From a virus (lineage: Duplodnaviria > Heunggongvirae > Uroviricota > Caudoviricetes): 54,006 nucleotides of DNA. This document shows, one piece after another, positions 48,620 to 54,006 of the stretch (the first letter of the stretch is position 1; the number at the start of each line of letters is the position of its first letter). The notes below the pieces were generated by a model that saw nothing but the letters and a program-made list of their open reading frames with translations, had not been told where the DNA came from and ran no database searches. The stretch lies in the IMG/VR virus record IMGVR_UViG_2718218355_000004; one strand, given 5' to 3'. The position numbers were made by a program, and so were the translations under genes.

Positions 48620-51220
48620 ATGAGCACAAAACCACTCTTCCTGTTACGGAAAGCGAAAAAATCATCCGGTGAACCTGACGTCGTCCTGTGGGCAAGCAAC
48701 GATTTTGAATCGACCTGTGCCACTCTGGACTACCTGATCGTTAAGTCAGGTAAAAAACTGAGCAGCTATTTTAAAGCTGTTGCCACGAATTTTCCTGTCG
48801 TTAATGACCTGCCCGCTGAAGGTGAGATCGATTTTACCTGGAGTGAACGCTATCAACTCAGCAAAGACTCCATGACATGGGAACTAAAACCGGGAGCAGC
48901 ACCAGACAACGCTCACTATCAAGGCAATACCAACGTCAACGGCGAAGACATGACTGAGATTGAGGAGAATATGCTACTCCCAATTTCTGGCCAGGAACTG
49001 CCCATTCGTTGGCTTGCTCAACACGGCAGCGAAAAACCGGTAACGCACGTTTCACGCGACGGACTCCAGGCATTACACATTGCTCGGGCTGAAGAACTAC
49101 CGGCTGTTACTGCCCTGGCTGTTTCCCACAAAACCAGCCTGCTCGACCCGCTGGAAATTCGCGAACTCCACAAACTGGTTCGTGACACTGACAAAGTTTT
49201 CCCTAATCCTGGTAATTCAAACCTGGGACTGATAACTGCTTTTTTCGAAGCATACCTGAACGCTGACTACACCGATCGAGGACTGCTGACAAAAGAGTGG
49301 ATGAAGGGTAATCGTGTTTCACACATCACTCGCACGGCTTCCGGTGCTAATGCTGGCGGCGGAAACCTCACCGATCGCGGCGAAGGTTTCGTACACGATC
49401 TGACGTCACTGGCGCGCGACGTAGCCACTGGCGTACTGGCCCGTTCAATGGATCTGGACATCTATAACCTTCATCCGGCACACGCTAAACGCATTGAGGA
49501 AATTATCGCTGAAAATAAACCGCCCTTTTCTGTTTTCCGCGACAAATTCATCACCATGCCTGGCGGGCTGGATTATTCCCGCGCCATCGTGGTTGCGTCC
49601 GTAAAAGAAGCACCAATTGGGATCGAGGTCATCCCCGCGCACGTCACTGAATATCTGAACAAAGTACTGACTGAAACCGATCATGCCAACCCTGATCCGG
49701 AAATCGTGGATATTGCCTGCGGTCGCTCCTCTGCCCCGATGCCGCAGCGAGTAACAGAAGAAGGAAAACAGGATGATGAAGAAAAACCGCAACCATCTGG
49801 AACAACGGCAGTTGAACAGGGAGAGGCTGAAACAATGGAACCGGACGCAACTGAACATCATCAGGACACGCAGCCGCTGGATGCTCAGTCACAGGTAAAT
49901 TCTGTTGATGCGAAATATCAGGAACTGCGGGCAGAACTCCATGAAGCCCGGAAAAACATTCCATCAAAAAATCCTGTCGATGACGATAAATTGCTTGCTG
50001 CATCACGTGGTGAATTTGTTGACGGAATTAGCGACCCGAACGATCCGAAATGGGTAAAGGGGATCCAGACTCGCGATTGTGTGTACCAGAACCAGCCAGA
50101 AACGGAAAAAACCAGCCCAGATATGAATCAACCTGAGCCAGTAGTGCAACAGGAACCGGAAATAGCCTGCAATGCCTGCGGCCAGACTGGCGGGGATAAC
50201 TGCCCTGACTGTGGTGCGGTGATGGGCGACGCAACATACCAGGAAACATTCGATGAAGAGAGTCAGGTTGAAGCTAAGGAAAATGATCCGGAGGAAATGG
50301 AAGGCGCTGAACATCCGCACAATGAGAATGCTGGCAGCGATCCGCATCGCGATTGCAGTGATGAAACTGGCGAAGTCGCAGATCCCGTAATCGTAGAAGA
50401 CATAGAGCCAGGTATTTATTACGGAATTTCGAATGAGAATTACCACGCGGGTCCCGGTATCAGTAAGTCTCAGCTCGATGACATTGCTGATACTCCGGCA
50501 CTATATTTGTGGCGTAAAAATGCCCCCGTGGACACCACAAAGACAAAAACGCTCGATTTAGGAACTGCTTTCCACTGCCGGGTACTTGAACCGGAAGAAT
50601 TCAGTAACCGCTTTATCGTAGCACCTGAATTTAACCGCCGTACAAACGCCGGAAAAGAAGAAGAGAACGCGTTTCTGATGGAATGCGCAAGCACAGGAAA
50701 AACGGTTATCACTGCGGAAGAAGGCCGGAAAATTGAACTCATGTATCAAAGCGTTATGGCTTTGCCGCTGGGGCAATGGCTTGTTGAAAGCGCCGGACAC
50801 GCTGAATCATCAATTTACTGGGAAGATCCTGAAACAGGAATTTTGTGTCGGTGCCGTCCGGACAAAATTATCCCTGAATTTCACTGGATCATGGACGTGA
50901 AAACTACGGCGGATATTCAACGATTCAAAACCGCTTATTACGACTACCGCTATCACGTTCAGGATGCATTCTACAGTGACGGTTATGAAGCACAGTTTGG
51001 AGTGCAGCCAACTTTCGTTTTTCTGGTTGCCAGCACAACTATTGAATGCGGACGTTATCCGGTTGAAATTTTCATGATGGGCGAAGAAGCAAAACTGGCA
51101 GGTCAACAGGAATATCACCGCAATCTGCGAACCCTGTCTGACTGCCTGAATACCGATGAATGGCCAGCTATTAAGACATTATCACTGCCCCGCTGGGCTA
51201 AGGAATATGCAAATGACTAA
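48620..51220 (+). CDS. recE: Exodeoxyribonuclease VIII (RecE)
   Basis: 866 aa; C-terminal PD-(D/E)xK nuclease domain; stop overlaps the recT start (ATGACTAA). Confidence 0.95.
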   Translation: MSTKPLFLLRKAKKSSGEPDVVLWASNDFESTCATLDYLIVKSGKKLSSYFKAVATNFPVVNDLPAEGEIDFTWSERYQLSKDSMTWELKPGAAPDNAHYQGNTNVNGEDMTEIEENMLLPISGQELPIRWLAQHGSEKPVTHVSRDGLQALHIARAEELPAVTALAVSHKTSLLDPLEIRELHKLVRDTDKVFPNPGNSNLGLITAFFEAYLNADYTDRGLLTKEWMKGNRVSHITRTASGANAGGGNLTDRGEGFVHDLTSLARDVATGVLARSMDLDIYNLHPAHAKRIEEIIAENKPPFSVFRDKFITMPGGLDYSRAIVVASVKEAPIGIEVIPAHVTEYLNKVLTETDHANPDPEIVDIACGRSSAPMPQRVTEEGKQDDEEKPQPSGTTAVEQGEAETMEPDATEHHQDTQPLDAQSQVNSVDAKYQELRAELHEARKNIPSKNPVDDDKLLAASRGEFVDGISDPNDPKWVKGIQTRDCVYQNQPETEKTSPDMNQPEPVVQQEPEIACNACGQTGGDNCPDCGAVMGDATYQETFDEESQVEAKENDPEEMEGAEHPHNENAGSDPHRDCSDETGEVADPVIVEDIEPGIYYGISNENYHAGPGISKSQLDDIADTPALYLWRKNAPVDTTKTKTLDLGTAFHCRVLEPEEFSNRFIVAPEFNRRTNAGKEEENAFLMECASTGKTVITAEEGRKIELMYQSVMALPLGQWLVESAGHAESSIYWEDPETGILCRCRPDKIIPEFHWIMDVKTTADIQRFKTAYYDYRYHVQDAFYSDGYEAQFGVQPTFVFLVASTTIECGRYPVEIFMMGEEAKLAGQQEYHRNLRTLSDCLNTDEWPAIKTLSLPRWAKEYAND

Positions 51221-52022
51221 GCAACCACCAATCGCAAAAGCCGATCTGCAAAAAACTCAGGGAAACCGTGCACCAGCAGCAGTTAAAAATAGCGACGTGA
51301 TTAGTTTTATTAACCAGCCATCAATGAAAGAGCAACTGGCAGCAGCTCTTCCACGCCATATGACGGCTGAACGTATGATCCGTATCGCCACCACAGAAAT
51401 TCGTAAAGTTCCGGCGTTAGGAAACTGTGACACTATGAGTTTTGTCAGTGCGATCGTACAGTGTTCACAGCTCGGACTTGAGCCAGGTAGCGCCCTCGGT
51501 CATGCATATTTACTGCCTTTTGGTAATAAAAACGAAAAGAGCGGTAAAAAGAACGTTCAGCTAATCATTGGCTATCGCGGCATGATTGATCTGGCTCGCC
51601 GTTCTGGTCAAATCGCCAGCCTGTCAGCCCGTGTTGTCCGTGAAGGTGACGAGTTTAGCTTCGAATTTGGCCTTGATGAAAAGTTAATACACCGCCCGGG
51701 AGAAAACGAAGATGCCCCGGTTACCCACGTCTATGCTGTCGCAAGACTGAAAGACGGAGGTACTCAGTTTGAAGTTATGACGCGCAAACAGATTGAGCTG
51801 GTGCGCAGCCTGAGTAAAGCTGGTAATAACGGGCCGTGGGTAACTCACTGGGAAGAAATGGCAAAGAAAACGGCTATTCGTCGCCTGTTCAAATATCTGC
51901 CCGTATCAATTGAGATCCAGCGTGCAGTATCAATGGATGAAAAGGAACCACTGACAATCGATCCTGCAGATTCCTCTGTATTAACCGGGGAATACAGTGT
52001 AATCGATAATTCAGAGGAATAA
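51213..52022 (+). CDS. recT: Recombinase RecT (single-strand annealing protein)
   Basis: 269 aa from ATG at [14 protein letters not shown]. Confidence 0.95.
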   Translation: MTKQPPIAKADLQKTQGNRAPAAVKNSDVISFINQPSMKEQLAAALPRHMTAERMIRIATTEIRKVPALGNCDTMSFVSAIVQCSQLGLEPGSALGHAYLLPFGNKNEKSGKKNVQLIIGYRGMIDLARRSGQIASLSARVVREGDEFSFEFGLDEKLIHRPGENEDAPVTHVYAVARLKDGGTQFEVMTRKQIELVRSLSKAGNNGPWVTHWEEMAKKTAIRRLFKYLPVSIEIQRAVSMDEKEPLTIDPADSSVLTGEYSVIDNSEE

Positions 52023-52078
52023 TTCAGCCTGGCGGTGTAATGCACCGCCAACTTGAAATATTTTTTATGAGAAAAATT

Positions 52079-52273
52079 ATGAGATATGACAATGTTAAAC
52101 CATGTCCATTTTGTGGTTGTCCATCAGTAACGGTGAAAGCCATTTCAGGATATTACCGAGCGAAGTGTAACGGATGCGAATCCCGAACCGGTTATGGTGG
52201 AAGTGAAAAAGAAGCACTCGAAAGATGGAATAAACGAACCACTGGAAATAATAATGGAGGTGTTCATGTATAA
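52079..52273 (+). CDS. ralR: Restriction alleviation protein RalR/Lar
   Basis: 64 aa from ATG at MRYDNVKPCPFCGC, Cys-rich. Confidence 0.8.
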   Translation: MRYDNVKPCPFCGCPSVTVKAISGYYRAKCNGCESRTGYGGSEKEALERWNKRTTGNNNGGVHV

Positions 52274-52475
52274 AATTACCGCCACTATTGAAAAGGAAGG
52301 TGGCACTCCTACTAACTGGACAAGATATTCAAAATCTAAACTAACGAAATCAGAATGCGAAAAAATGCTCTCAGGTAAAAAAGAAGCAGGCGTTTCCAGA
52401 GAGCAGAAAGTAAAACTGATAAATTTTAATTGCGAGAAACTTCAGTCCTCGAGAATTGCATTGTATTCAAATTAA
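52266..52475 (+). CDS. ydaC: YdaC-like small protein
   Basis: 69 aa from ATG at MYKITATIEKEGG, overlapping the ralR stop. Confidence 0.6.
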   Translation: MYKITATIEKEGGTPTNWTRYSKSKLTKSECEKMLSGKKEAGVSREQKVKLINFNCEKLQSSRIALYSN

Positions 52476-52553
52476 AAATTCATAGCTGATTATTAATAAT
52501 CAACATCGGGCGTCAATTTCAGTCTAACATTGGCGCCTGCCAGAGGTGATGCG

Positions 52554-52769
52554 ATGGCACAAGTAATCTTTAATGAAGAGTGGATGGTTGAATACGGCCT
52601 GATGCTTCGCACTGGTCTGGGGGCCAGACAAATTGAAGCATACCGCCAGAACTGTTGGGTGGAGGGCTTCCACTTCAAACGAGTATCTCCTTTAGGTAAG
52701 CCAGACAGCAAACGAGGGATTATCTGGTACAACTATCCAAAGATAAATCAGTTTATCAAAGACTCATGA
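52554..52769 (+). CDS. xisR: Excisionase
   Basis: 71 aa from ATG at [15 protein letters not shown] with AGAGGTGA SD; ends 2 nt before the int start. Confidence 0.7.
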   Translation: MAQVIFNEEWMVEYGLMLRTGLGARQIEAYRQNCWVEGFHFKRVSPLGKPDSKRGIIWYNYPKINQFIKDS

Positions 52770-52770
52770 T

Positions 52771-54006
52771 ATGTCTAAATTACCAACAGGTGTCGAGATT
52801 AGAGGTAGATACATTCGCATCTGGTTCATGTTTCGAGGAAAACGATGTCGGGAAACATTAAAAGGCTGGGAGATTACAAACAGTAATATTAAAAAGGCCG
52901 GAAATTTAAGAGCGCTGATAGTTCATGAAATAAACTCCGGTGAATTTGAGTATTTAAGACGTTTTCCCCAGTCCAGCACTGGGGCAAAAATGGTGACAAC
53001 GAGAGTCATAAAAACGTTCGGAGAGCTTTGTGATATCTGGACAAAAATTAAAGAGACAGAGTTAACAACAAACACAATGAAGAAAACGAAATCACAATTA
53101 AAAACACTCAGAATAATAATTTGTGAAAGTACCCCGATATCACATATTCGTTATAGCGATATCTTAAACTACCGGAATGAACTGCTGCATGGAGAAACGC
53201 TTTACCTGGATAATCCAAGATCCAACAAAAAAGGAAGAACCGTGCGCACAGTTGATAACTATATCGCCCTGCTCTGTTCGCTGTTGCGTTTTGCGTATCA
53301 GTCGGGATTTATATCAACCAAACCATTTGAAGGAGTAAAAAAATTACAGCGAAACAGAATAAAGCCTGATCCGTTATCTAAAACAGAATTCAATGCATTA
53401 ATGGAAAGTGAAAAAGGACAGAGCCAGAACTTGTGGAAATTTGCCGTTTACTCAGGACTTCGTCACGGGGAACTGGCAGCTCTGGCGTGGGAGGATGTGG
53501 ATCTCGAAAAGGGAATAGTGAATGTCAGAAGAAACCTGACGATACTTGATATGTTCGGTCCCCCAAAAACAAATGCCGGGATCCGAACAGTAACACTACT
53601 GCAGCCTGCTCTTGAAGCACTGAAGGAGCAATACAAACTGACCGGGCATCATCGCAAAAGCGAAATCACCTTTTATCATCGGGAGTACGGCAGAACCGAA
53701 AAGCAAAAACTGCATTTTGTTTTCATGCCCAGGGTGTGTAACGGAAAACAAAAACCTTATTACTCGGTAAGCAGTTTGGGGGCAAGGTGGAATGCAGCAG
53801 TAAAACGTGCTGGTATTCGCCGCCGTAATCCGTACCATACGCGGCATACTTTTGCCTGCTGGCTGTTGACGGCAGGAGCGAACCCGGCATTTATAGCCAG
53901 CCAAATGGGGCATGAAACTGCGCAGATGGTGTATGAAATTTACGGTATGTGGATTGATGACATGAACGACGAACAGATAGCCATGTTGAATGCGCGGTTA
54001 TCGTAG
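52771..54006 (+). CDS. intR: Tyrosine integrase
   Basis: 411 aa; C-terminal catalytic region with HTRHT motif; stop codon is the last 3 nt of the window, so attP/attR lies beyond it. Confidence 0.9.
   Translation: MSKLPTGVEIRGRYIRIWFMFRGKRCRETLKGWEITNSNIKKAGNLRALIVHEINSGEFEYLRRFPQSSTGAKMVTTRVIKTFGELCDIWTKIKETELTTNTMKKTKSQLKTLRIIICESTPISHIRYSDILNYRNELLHGETLYLDNPRSNKKGRTVRTVDNYIALLCSLLRFAYQSGFISTKPFEGVKKLQRNRIKPDPLSKTEFNALMESEKGQSQNLWKFAVYSGLRHGELAALAWEDVDLEKGIVNVRRNLTILDMFGPPKTNAGIRTVTLLQPALEALKEQYKLTGHHRKSEITFYHREYGRTEKQKLHFVFMPRVCNGKQKPYYSVSSLGARWNAAVKRAGIRRRNPYHTRHTFACWLLTAGANPAFIASQMGHETAQMVYEIYGMWIDDMNDEQIAMLNARLS

Noticed and set aside
49445-50446. Several minus-strand ORFs (138, 120, 147 aa)
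   Set aside because: All antisense inside recE; Cys/Phe/Arg-rich nonsense translations.
1-54006. CRISPR arrays, tRNA or rRNA genes
   Set aside because: No regularly spaced direct repeats of CRISPR type and no cloverleaf-like tRNA candidates were seen by eye; a tRNAscan/CRT run would be needed to be certain.

Overview
Almost the whole 54 kb window is one lambdoid, Rac-like prophage of an Escherichia-type genome, read here from its tail-fiber/invertase end (left) to its integrase end (right). Minus-strand late genes run from terminase through head and tail genes to J, Lom, side tail fiber and Tfa; the plus-strand early-left operon is kilR-ydaE-racC-recE-recT-ralR-ydaC-xis-int. Between them lie an immunity region (SieB, a CI-like repressor, Cro-like YdaS/YdaT, palindromic operators), a replication initiator with internal iterons, a nin/Q region, and a pinholin-SAR endolysin-Rz/Rz1 lysis cassette. 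Several accessory insertions are embedded: a tandem pair of TolA-domain-III-like lipoproteins between Q and the lysis genes, an IS2 copy with 5-bp target duplication in the late leader, the K+ transporter TrkG, a ParB-like nuclease with a glycosyltransferase-like partner beside the terminase, a Hok toxin flanked by two unannotated small hydrophobic peptide ORFs, and a ~6.5 kb cargo block (MFS transporter, ChaC-like enzyme, LysR regulator, DUF2254-like membrane protein, BetT-like BCCT transporter). The most interesting candidate for an undescribed system is the TolA-III-like lipoprotein pair, followed by the ParB-like/GT-like pair and the small peptides around hok. All calls rest on reading the six-frame translations and the DNA by eye against remembered protein families; no database search was run, and gene names are from memory.
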